A DNA stretch of 63,897 nt, filler included, from Stramenopiles sp. TOSAG23-2 (Eukaryota): NCBI GenBank assembly GCA_900128395.1. It is 4 parts of 4 records of this genome, joined end to end, with 100 filler letters (N's around TTAATTAATTAA, not from the genome) between each part and the next. Parts side by side here need not be neighbours in the genome. Positions count along the whole stretch, not along the records: positions 1 to 15,991 come from LT649690.1; 3 more parts are not named here. One strand, 5' to 3'. The notes under the pieces are model-generated. The model did not search any database. It had not been told where the DNA came from and saw only the letters and a program-made list of their open reading frames with translations. Shown here piece after piece: positions 1 to 9,167 of this stretch (its first letter is position 1; each line of letters begins with the position of its first letter). A program made the translations under genes and the position numbers.

Positions 1-59
1 AAAATGTTGATAGGAAGCGAAAAGTGCAGGTCTAAGCTCTCAGCCTGTCTATATATATA

Positions 60-242
60 TAATTAGAGCTGTTTTCCAATTTAAGGACTTTTCGGGACAA
101 AATTCGCCAACCAGACCCTTACCCTTAAATAGCTCACAGTTTAAGGAGCTAAAGCACCTTAAACCACAGCATAAATAAGGTAAAAAATTTAATTACGAAT
201 TTTGTCCCGAAAAGTCCTTAAATTGGAAAACAGCTCTAATTA
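60..242. repeat. Long fold-back hairpin (47-bp perfect inverted repeat, 89-bp structured spacer)
   Basis: 60-106 TAATTAGAGCTGTTTTCCAATTTAAGGACTTTTCGGGACAAAATTCG is the exact reverse complement of 196-242; the spacer contains a GTTTAAGG...CCTTAAAC sub-hairpin. Confidence 0.95.
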
Positions 243-749
243 ATAAGTTCAGAAAAATTTAAATTTTTTCGTTAAAAAAGTTTTTTTTGTTTTTGTGTTT
301 TATTTTTGCAAAACTGTAAAAATTATCAAAACCAAAACTGCTCTTCATAATTTTCATTATTTTTAAAATTTTACTGCATAAATCTAAAATTTTTATTTTT
401 CCAGAATTTTACTTTTTTTCGTTTTTGCGTTTCTTTAAGTCCTTTTTTTAAATTAATTAATTTCGACCCCCGTGAATTGTCTTTAAACCCTTTTTTTATT
501 AAATTAATAAAAACTCCCAAAACCCCATTTTTAAAAAAACTCCCCAAACCCCACTTTTCCTAGATCCGGCGGTCAATTACGCCGCTATCAAACTCCCATT
601 TAGCCAGAATCATGCAAAATCCAAAGTCCAATAATACCAAAATTATCGTTTTTGAAGGTTTTTTTCGAAAATTATTTTTTTTGGATTAACAGCATAATTG
701 CTGCGGGTTTCGACAACACCTAAATTGACCCTTACCATAAAAAAACTGT

Positions 750-818
750 TGCAAAACAGTGAATAATAGATTTGCTGTACAGTATATAAAATCGATTTCT
801 ATTATTGACTGTTTTGCA
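750..818. repeat. 21-bp inverted repeat (1 mismatch) upstream of the orphan ORF pair
   Basis: TGCAAAACAGTGAATAATAGA (750-770) vs TCTATTATTGACTGTTTTGCA (798-818). Confidence 0.85.
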
Positions 819-1062
819 CTCCCTTTTTATGCTCTCACTCCCTTTCCCATTTAGGGCACTTTCACAGCATTTAAGGTTTGAGAAATGAAAAAAAGTCAAT
901 TTCGCAAAAACGAAAAAAAAGGATATTACCGTTTGTTATACACTTATTTTAATAAAAATAAAATAAATATACAGAATAATAAATATTACATGTAAATATA
1001 AAAAACATTTAAAAATAAAAAAAAAGAATATTTATTTATTAATTACTTATATATATATAAAA

Positions 1063-1386
1063 ATGAGTGACCGTGATTCAGCCGTGATTCAAATAGAAGA
1101 AATGATGTTGAATAAATGCACCAATAACAAAGATGCAGACGCAAGCATGGATATAAATTTTATCATGAACCTGTTGATCCCTAATATTTGGTACAGACTA
1201 TGCGTAAATATAACTGGAGATCTAAGACAACGAGCGATAAATGTATGGAATAATTGTGGAGGAATAGGAGATATTTCCACAGCTACATACGGACAGGTTG
1301 CGAATCAACAACACGCACTGCAAAGGTATTGTAATTTTATTTACCTGAAGTCACGAGATATAGAAAACGAAGATGCAGAAGTATAA
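1063..1386 (+). CDS. Hypothetical protein, 107 aa, no recognised family
   Basis: ATG after an A-rich leader; complex composition in otherwise AT-rich noncoding DNA; 26 bp from the next co-oriented ORF. Confidence 0.6.
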   Translation: MSDRDSAVIQIEEMMLNKCTNNKDADASMDINFIMNLLIPNIWYRLCVNITGDLRQRAINVWNNCGGIGDISTATYGQVANQQHALQRYCNFIYLKSRDIENEDAEV

Positions 1387-1412
1387 CTGCTGATATTTTA
1401 TATTTCATACAC

Positions 1413-1952
1413 ATGACATTAGGGCTTATTGATGAAGTATTTAGAACATTTCGTGGCTTTATTCTTAGTCATAATGCACGGTCTTTTTACAGAATACTTT
1501 ATGTGTTTATAAATCTGCTGGCATTCTTTTTCATTGCAATTTTTTCATTTACAGCAGTATTGATCATCATCTATGTCATCTGGCTCTGTTTAAAGTTCCC
1601 AGTACTGTCTGCATTATGCAGTTGTAGCACTCTTTTCACGTGTGGTCTGTTGGGTCAGCTGTTTACCACTGTATCAAAGTTGCATTTAAATAACGACACA
1701 GGTAAATTAGAATACTGGACTGTTAACGACCAAGTTAGTGAATTTGCATACTGGATGACTGCAGAGGGTAAATTTGTGAGGTTTAAGTTAGAAAACTGTA
1801 GCGAAACGTGGTTTGGAACATGGTTTGACTGGATTCCATACCTTCTCATACCTGTAAGTTTATTAATTATATATCATCTGGTGGACCTCTGTGCCAGAAA
1901 AACGGATTCCATAAACAGAGAAATCAGAATAAAAATGGACGCTGTTGGTTAA
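1413..1952 (+). CDS. Hypothetical membrane protein, 179 aa (2-3 N-terminal hydrophobic helices, one C-terminal helix)
   Basis: Long hydrophobic runs (ILYVFINLLAFFFIAIFSFTAVLIIIYVIWLCL; WIPYLLIPVSLLIIYHLV) flanking a Trp-rich soluble loop. Confidence 0.65.
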   Translation: MTLGLIDEVFRTFRGFILSHNARSFYRILYVFINLLAFFFIAIFSFTAVLIIIYVIWLCLKFPVLSALCSCSTLFTCGLLGQLFTTVSKLHLNNDTGKLEYWTVNDQVSEFAYWMTAEGKFVRFKLENCSETWFGTWFDWIPYLLIPVSLLIIYHLVDLCARKTDSINREIRIKMDAVG

Positions 1953-2378
1953 AAAAGCAGAAAAGATTGTATTAGTATTACTTCCATGAGATGTAGTAAA
2001 AATTGCATTTCAATTTTTTGTAAAATTACTAGAAAATTGAAAAAATGAATAAAAAAAAGGTTGTTAAAGTGTGTATTTATTGATTAATTAAATTAAAAAT
2101 TATCGTTTTTAAAAAGGGTTGATACCCATTTATAAAACAGGTCTTTTATTAAAGGGTGTGTTGTGTGTGTGTGCGAGAGAAAAGAGTGAACTAGGGTCTT
2201 TATCTATTGAATTTTTTTAAAAAAATATATAGAGTATAAAAGATATATATATAGATCTGAGGTAGTTTTCTTACTTTCCACTCGTTATTTACATATTCTT
2301 TATATTCAATAACTCAATATATTATTTATTTTAAAGTGGCTTAAAGAAATAGTCCACAAAATCATAGAAAAAGTACCA

Positions 2379-2500
2379 AAAATGCTACTATTTTAAAGAA
2401 AAAATGTGAAAAAAACCTAAAAATACTACTATTTTTAACAAAAAAAGTGAAAAAAACCGAAAAATACTACTATTTTTTAGAAAAAAAGTTGGAAAAATCT
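2379..2500 (+). repeat. Three imperfect tandem copies of a ~40-bp unit
   Basis: AAAAT(G/A)CTACTATTTT...AAAAAA.GT.GAAAAA recurs about every 41 bp. Confidence 0.75.
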
Positions 2501-2780
2501 AAAAAAAATAAAAAATTTTTATGAAAAAAAATGTAAAAACCTAACAATTTGTAGCACTCAAAGTTGTAAAAACTAGACAAAATCTAAAATCTAGATCAAG
2601 TTTTGCTTTATTTTTGCTTACTTGAGATACGTCAAAAGTTGCAAAATGAAGAATTACCTTCCAGAAAGTAGGGGTTTTTTAGGGTTACAGAGCTTTATTT
2701 TGTCCGAAAAATGACCAATTATTCAAAAAACGGTAAAATGGGGAATTGTATTTACCTGCTAATGAATCCGAGAATCCTAA

Positions 2781-2986
2781 TTATTAATAAAAACCGGAGT
2801 ACTAACCTTGGTCATTTAAGGACTTACTACATGTTGTGGTGCTGGTAACGTGTTACCAGTGCCACAGCATGTACCTAACTCTAATGCTATGAGACTGCTA
2901 ATGTACATTAGCAGGTGAATAGCATAGGGAGTTAGGCGGGGTTAGTCCTTAAATGACCAAGGTTAGTACGCCGGTTTTTATAATAA
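2781..2986. repeat. T-shaped (three-way) fold-back hairpin
   Basis: Outer stem 2781-2824/2944-2986 (1 mismatch, 1 indel); arm 1 2828-2849/2852-2873; arm 2 2874-2936 with the perfect palindrome CTGCTAATGTACATTAGCAG. Confidence 0.95.
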
Positions 2987-3030
2987 GAATAATACTATCA
3001 ATATACTAATACGTAAAAACACACACACAC

Positions 3031-3495
3031 TCAATCGCAACAAGTATGGCATGTTTCAAAACATCTACAACAGTGTTTTAAATTTACAAAGATTAAAACG
3101 CTTAAAAATATTAACGAACTACCCATAACAGCGACTAAATAGAATTCTGGATTTTCCATGACAGGACACGGCTCGAATTCATCTTGACAAATCCCAACAA
3201 ATTTTACAACACACATCAAAATAATTGTTAATACCAATAATGCAATATTTATCCATATCAATTTGGACTTCCACCTCAAACAACATTGTCTACATGCTGA
3301 TTTCTTAGCTTGCTTATTAAATTTCTTTGCACCAATTAATAATTTTCTACTTTTTATACGTGTATCTTCTATATCATCCATGGTATTATATGCTTTTTCT
3401 ATATTATTATTCATTAAATCAGTCAACTTATCTGTTTCTGATATTAATGCTTTTAATCTTGGATCATTTTTATTATGATTTTTTTTTCTTGGCAT
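3031..3495 (-). CDS. Divergent synaptobrevin/VAMP-like SNARE with two TM segments
   Basis: LMNNNIEKA...IEDTRIKSRKL...AKKFNKQAKK...W-K-K-TM matches the synaptobrevin coiled-coil pattern. Confidence 0.7.
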   Translation of the reverse strand: MPRKKNHNKNDPRLKALISETDKLTDLMNNNIEKAYNTMDDIEDTRIKSRKLLIGAKKFNKQAKKSACRQCCLRWKSKLIWINIALLVLTIILMCVVKFVGICQDEFEPCPVMENPEFYLVAVMGSSLIFLSVLIFVNLKHCCRCFETCHTCCD

Positions 3496-4122
3496 TTTAA
3501 ATTATTTGCATATATATATTTATATATATATATCAATGATAGTATTTATATGGGGGGATGTATATATTGATGTAGATAAATACACACACACACACACAAA
3601 CTATTGTCTATGTTAATATAAATAGTTTTTGTGAGTTGTTTTGCACTTCTTGTTTTCAAAAATAATTAATATTAGAATTATTATTATTATTATTCTAGAA
3701 TTATTATTACTATTGAAAAAAAAATCAACAATAATAAATTAAAATATTATTATTTTTTCATCAATAAATTTTTTAAATTATTTCCGGATTTGCCGTTCTC
3801 AAAAATCTTGAAGAAAACCTTACATCGTTCAAAATCCAAAATCGGGTCTTCCACACACTTTTTTTTTAGTTCATTCGTGTGTGTATATACTAATAAGTAC
3901 AATATACTATGTAGATTTTATGTGATTTTATTTGTTCATTTTTCCATTAAAAAATACAATAGTGTACCGATTTTTTTAATATAAAATATAATTTTAAGGT
4001 AAACAAACGGCGCCGTCGGCACCAAATTAAAAGAGTCTGACGACGCAGACTAGCACCAAATTTACAAACGGCGCCGTTTGCGTTTGCGTTTGTGCCGTGC
4101 CGTTTGCCAGCACTAGTTCAAT

Positions 4123-4862
4123 TAGCCATCGCCCGATTACTAAACGTGTTTTCCAGACTTGCAGAAAATCCTGTTTTGTCTAATTTCAACCCTTAAAATA
4201 GCAACATTTTTGTAATTGTCATTATTCAGTGCTGTGTCCTTATACGGTCTATTTTGGAGCCTAATCATTGAAATGATCTAAAGTACAATATTTTACTCCG
4301 ATCCTTAAGATTTTGGTCTTATCGTTGTTTTTTTTTTCAAATATTTCTGAAAAATAAAAGTTAGTGTAGCTAAATCACGAATCTCCGTAATACTAAGCCC
4401 ATACTAGCACCAAAAAACTTGGTGATATTGCTAAATTTATCCACCTTAGATGTTATTTAGATGATCATAGCACTAACAAGCTAGTGGAAAAATATATTAT
4501 TTGTACTTTTACAATTTATTAATTACTATATTTAATGCTGTGTAGGCTTTTTTAACCATTCATCTGTAATAATCTGATGACGAGGAAGACTTTGTTATTA
4601 CTGTTATAAGTACATTTTGTGAAAATGTCCCAATCAAAATGACAATTTTTAGTCCCAATTTACTAACAAATTTTAGTAATTCTGATTTAGCATTATCATA
4701 CAATCAATTAAAAATTACTACACAAATTACTAATAAATTACTAAATTACTAAATGTATATATCATCCTTAACAAATCACCAATGCTATGTACCTGCAATA
4801 ATAATATTTTAGTAAATTACTAAAAAATTTACAGAAATTTTTTAGTAATCGGGCGATGGCTA
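4123..4862. mobile_element. Non-autonomous hAT-like DNA transposon (740 bp)
   Basis: Perfect 22-bp TIRs TAGCCATCGCCCGATTACTAAA / TTTAGTAATCGGGCGATGGCTA; 8-bp TSD AGTTCAAT at 4115-4122 and 4863-4870; TAG...CTA ends; subterminal ATTACTA repeats; no ORF. Confidence 0.92.
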
Positions 4863-5210
4863 AGTTCAATTGCGGGCTGGATTAACAATTATTATTACAG
4901 ATTACAGATTACAGTATATATTTGCATTTATTATTTATTATGCGTATTACGTAATATACGTATTTATAATAATAATACAGTAGTATGTAGTATGTACAAA
5001 CTATAATTATATTAATATTATTTACTGTTCCTTCAAGAAATCAAAATCAAATAATAAGAATTATGCTTTTTGCCAAGCGAAAGAAATTGAACGCTGTTGC
5101 ATAAACCTGATCAAAGAACGATTAAATCGACGATAATCAATACACACGGTTTACACTCTTCACAGTAACTAAAGAATAAAGGAGTGCAAGGTTAATTGTT
5201 TAAAATAACG

Positions 5211-7459
5211 ATGAGTATTGTTATTCAACAAATAATACATTTTTTTGCAATAGTAGTGGTATGCAACTTCACTACCTTGCAAAGTAAATCTGTTTTGCGA
5301 TGAATGAAGTATATTTTGCTGGTATAGATACATTTACTATAAATAAAGATGCTGTCTTAAGTACAAGAGATACAGATATCAATTTAATATTTTCAAAATT
5401 AATCATGCAATCCTCATCAATTTTAAAGTCCAAAAATGAAGCAATATATTTAAAAGGAAACGTAATACATGTTACAGAAAGTGCAATTGTAGAATCCCCT
5501 TATATTTTTGTAAATGGGACAAATATATTTATATCACCATTATCAATATTTAATGGCGAAGTAATACAAATATTTTCAAGATTGAATTTAGTTACAAATG
5601 GTACATTAAATACTGGTGGTGGGACAAATGGCAAACTACATTTAGAGTCGTTTGATAATTTTCATTTAGGTGAAAATGCTAAGTTATTGGCAAGTGGCTG
5701 TTCATCAAATACTCAAACATCATGCAGCTCAGGATCAGCTGGTGAAATTAAAATAAAATGTACCCATTTTACTGGATGGTACGTTGAGAGTTGATTCACG
5801 CGGATACGATAGTGATAGTGGACCTGGTGCAGGATGCTCACCTAGTGATTACACTAAATCCCAATTATTTTATGCAGGTGCTGCTGGTGGATCCCATGGT
5901 GGAAGAGGTGGGAATGCAGATAGGTATATAACTGCTGCTGGGTCTAGTACAAATAAATGTTATTCTACTTCATACGAACCATCGATATATGGTAGTAGTA
6001 GGGATACAGCTTTTACAATGGGAAGTGGAGGGGGTACTGTGCGATATCACGTATACGACTACCTTGGGGGCAAGGGTGGTGGTAGAATAAAAGTTGAATC
6101 ATTTAATACAATTGTTTTAGGACCTTCATCGGTAATAACAGCAAATGGCGAATCGTTTACATCTATAAAAGGTGGAGGGGGTGCTGGAGGTAGTATATGG
6201 TTGAAATGCGTGACATTGATTAGCGAACAAAGTGCAATACTTAGTGCAACTGGTGGTGATGGTGGAAATTATATAAAGAGCGATAATAGTCGACGTATCT
6301 GCTCCGGCGGTGGTGGTGGTGGCCGTGTGTTAATCGACATGAAACAATCAAATACTGGCATTAATTTTGTGATTAAACTTAACGGTGGACAAATGGCTTC
6401 CGGGAGAACAGATTATATTGCTGCAGTTCTTGTTTCTGTTGCATTATTTGCAGAAAGAAAAACGGAAAAGGTAATACCAAGATTGTTAGACGAAAATCAA
6501 AGGTAGAATTATTAAGGGAAGAAACAGAACGTGTAGCTAATGAAATATTCATTTTAGTTGATGAAGATAATAGTGGTATAGTAGATGCTAATGAACTTAC
6601 TGATCTACTGAAAAATTTAGGTAAAAGTAAATCTAGAATTGAATATATTATAAAAACATTTTGTCCTGAGAATGGAATACATGGTGTAGATTTGAATAAA
6701 ATAAACGAAGAAGGCGAATCGTTGTTATCAATTGCATCCAGAAAGGGTGAAGTGCATGTTGTGAAGGCTCTTGCACAAGGTGGTGCAAATGTTGATTTAT
6801 TAGATCGTAATGGCCATACCCCTTTGGACAGTGCGATACACTTTGGGCATTTAGATGTTATTAATGCATTATTAAAATCTGGTGTAGATACTAATGGATT
6901 GGATAGCAATGGCAGAACACCTTTATACAATGCTATATTGGAAAACAAATTAGAAGTGGTAAAAGTGCTGCTATCAAATCGAGCAAATGTAAAAAGTGGT
7001 GGAGAAGGCAAAGGTATTTTTACCCCCTTAGCTATTGCAGCTAAATTAGGACATACGGAAATACTTCAAATATTGATTGATAAACATGTAGACTTAAACG
7101 ACGGTGGTGATGCAGCGTATCCACCTTTAATTGCAGCTGCAGAAACAGACAGAGTAAACATCATGAAGCATTTGAAAAAATACGACTGTAATGAACATGT
7201 GCGTATTAAAACTGGTACAAATAAAGGTGTATCTGCATTATGGATAGCTGCAAAGTATGGTTCTTTAAATGCTGTAAAATTATTGATATCATGGAACGTG
7301 AAAATAAATGCGGTTTCGGAGAGTGGAAAAAGTCCATTGGATGTCGCTATACAAAATAAGCATGTAGAAATTATAAAACTTTTAGAAAGTAAGGGTGGAT
7401 TGCATGGTTCTGAATGCATCAAACATACAACTACTCGTTTTGAAAATGTATTTGAGTAA
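5211..7459 (+). pseudogene. Frame-disrupted receptor-like gene: signal peptide, Gly-rich ectodomain, short TM, EF-hand, ankyrin repeats
   Basis: ATG 5211 hydrophobic leader; ORFs 5300-5794 and 5784-6506 (GGSHGGRGG, GSGGG, GGGAGGSIW); the frame of ORF 6692 is open from ~6410 and contains DEDNSGIVDANE (EF-hand) followed by ~6-7 ankyrin repeats (G.TPL..A). Confidence 0.65.
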
Positions 7460-7581
7460 AAATTGATTCTAGTACCCTGAGGAATCCATTCAAGACGTTC
7501 AATAAGTTAAAATAAGAGGTGTGGACTATAATATTTAATTACGTAAATAACATTATATGATATTTTATTGATGGTTAAAAT

Positions 7582-7893
7582 CTACGAACTACGTAAGTTA
7601 TATGATAATAATTTTACATATATCATATTTAATGATATATATAAATTATATATATATAGGTCACGCTCATCGTCCTCGTTGAGCTCATTTTTTTCCCTGC
7701 CGTTATCGCTGTTTTGTTCACTTTCTAACTTTTCCAATTCTTCTTCACAAAATGTTAACCATTCAAGAAGCGATATTTCGTTGTCATTGTTGATATCCAT
7801 TCTCGAAAATATGTTGGTAACATTTTTTGGGGTCAATAAAGCCTTTAAACTTTTATAATTTTGTATAATATCTCCAACTTTCGGATTTTGCAT
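7582..7893 (-). CDS. Small EF-hand protein or gene fragment
   Basis: IFSRMDINNDNEISLLEWL is a canonical EF-hand loop; the C-terminus runs into AT-repeat sequence, so boundaries are uncertain. Confidence 0.45.
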   Translation of the reverse strand: MQNPKVGDIIQNYKSLKALLTPKNVTNIFSRMDINNDNEISLLEWLTFCEEELEKLESEQNSDNGREKNELNEDDERDLYIYNLYISLNMIYVKLLSYNLRSS

Positions 7894-8114
7894 CAGTCCT
7901 TTAGGGTATAGACACCATGAACATCATATATAAAATATTTTTCGTCTCTTTCTTTTTCTACTATGTATATACTATCCCCCTTTCAAACACCCTACTACTA
8001 CTATTATTGTTTTCCTTTATATACACAAAAAGTGCAATACATGTATATATATATTATATTATAGGTGTGCTCTATACATGTAAAAATGAGTTCTCATTTT
8101 TATAAAATGCATAT

Positions 8115-9167
8115 TTAACCATCAAGGCAAATACGACAAGATGGACAAGTTTTACTGTATTCTCTCAACCATTTCTTAATACATGATTTATGGAATATAC
8201 GGCCACAACATGGTAATTTTACAGCCATTTTTTCGCCATCTACTTCTTCTTTAACCGCTTCTAGGCATACACGACATTCATAATTGTCATCATCCGGTAC
8301 TTTCACGCATTCAAACTTATCAAAAATGTCTTGCTGTACAGTTTTATATTTCTTATCGTTTGTTTCATCTAATAATAGCAACATCGCAAAATCTTCGGGG
8401 GTGATTTCACGACACATCATATCTAGTAATTGTGCTTCCGTCATTAAGCCTGCATTGACAGCAGTTGCTTCTTGGGGATCATGAAAATGATCATCTGCAT
8501 ATTCTTCATCATAATGGCGATGATACTGATGATGATGACGATGTGGACGAGAAGGTTCTTTTTCTTCCTTTTTCTTTTTTTCCTTCTTCTTCTTCTTAAC
8601 ATTTTTGTTGCTGCGCCTGTTATTTGTTGTAGCTGTTGGCTGTTTATATATAGGTACTCTTGGCTTTCTCTTACGTTGCCCAATATTATTTCCATTATTT
8701 TTTGCAGAAAATGCCTTCATCCTGTTTTTTTCTACTTTCCTAGGGACCAATGCTGCTGTTTTACCAGAGCAAAGAATGCGATCTAATACTGACATTTCAG
8801 ACGTTGTTGACGCTACTACTACAGATGGTGGTGTGGAAGAGCGCGAAGAGGAAGAATCATTATAGTTTGTTTCTGGACAATGATGATTAATAAGATGTAA
8901 ACCACGTGAAGATTGTATACGCGGTAAGCATGTACTTGGGCGCTGTTTGCGAAAGGACCTAACAGTCCTAGGAGTTATTGCTTCTAATCGTCTTGGAGTC
9001 ATCATGTTATATTTTTTACTTGGTTTACCAGTAACACCATTCAAAGGCAAAGGTTTCAACAAGGTTTTGTTTATATTAAAATTATTACCACCAATTAAAT
9101 GTAACCCAGAGGTTTTATTTCCCCTCGGGGTTATAAATTGTCGATGTCGATGATGCGTAGCCGACAT
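8115..9167 (-). CDS. RING-H2 finger protein (putative E3 ligase)
   Basis: C-terminal CRVC...LPCCGRIFHKSCIKKWL...CPSCR preceded by REITPEDFAMLLLLDE. Confidence 0.88.
   Translation of the reverse strand: MSATHHRHRQFITPRGNKTSGLHLIGGNNFNINKTLLKPLPLNGVTGKPSKKYNMMTPRRLEAITPRTVRSFRKQRPSTCLPRIQSSRGLHLINHHCPETNYNDSSSSRSSTPPSVVVASTTSEMSVLDRILCSGKTAALVPRKVEKNRMKAFSAKNNGNNIGQRKRKPRVPIYKQPTATTNNRRSNKNVKKKKKEKKKKEEKEPSRPHRHHHQYHRHYDEEYADDHFHDPQEATAVNAGLMTEAQLLDMMCREITPEDFAMLLLLDETNDKKYKTVQQDIFDKFECVKVPDDDNYECRVCLEAVKEEVDGEKMAVKLPCCGRIFHKSCIKKWLREYSKTCPSCRICLDG

Noticed and set aside
2259-2268. TGAGGTAGT let-7-like seed
   Set aside because: Only a 9-nt match with no precursor hairpin; expected by chance
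2895-2925. SECIS-like ATGA...TGAA quartet in the right hairpin
   Set aside because: No apical AA loop and no upstream in-frame TGA selenoprotein ORF; kept only as a generic tandem G-A motif
4573-4592. CTGATGA hammerhead/box C-like word
   Set aside because: No stem II followed by GAAA and no closing helices; lies inside the hAT element
6379-7422. Minus-strand ORFs of 210 aa and 118 aa
   Set aside because: Antisense shadows of the ankyrin-repeat coding frame
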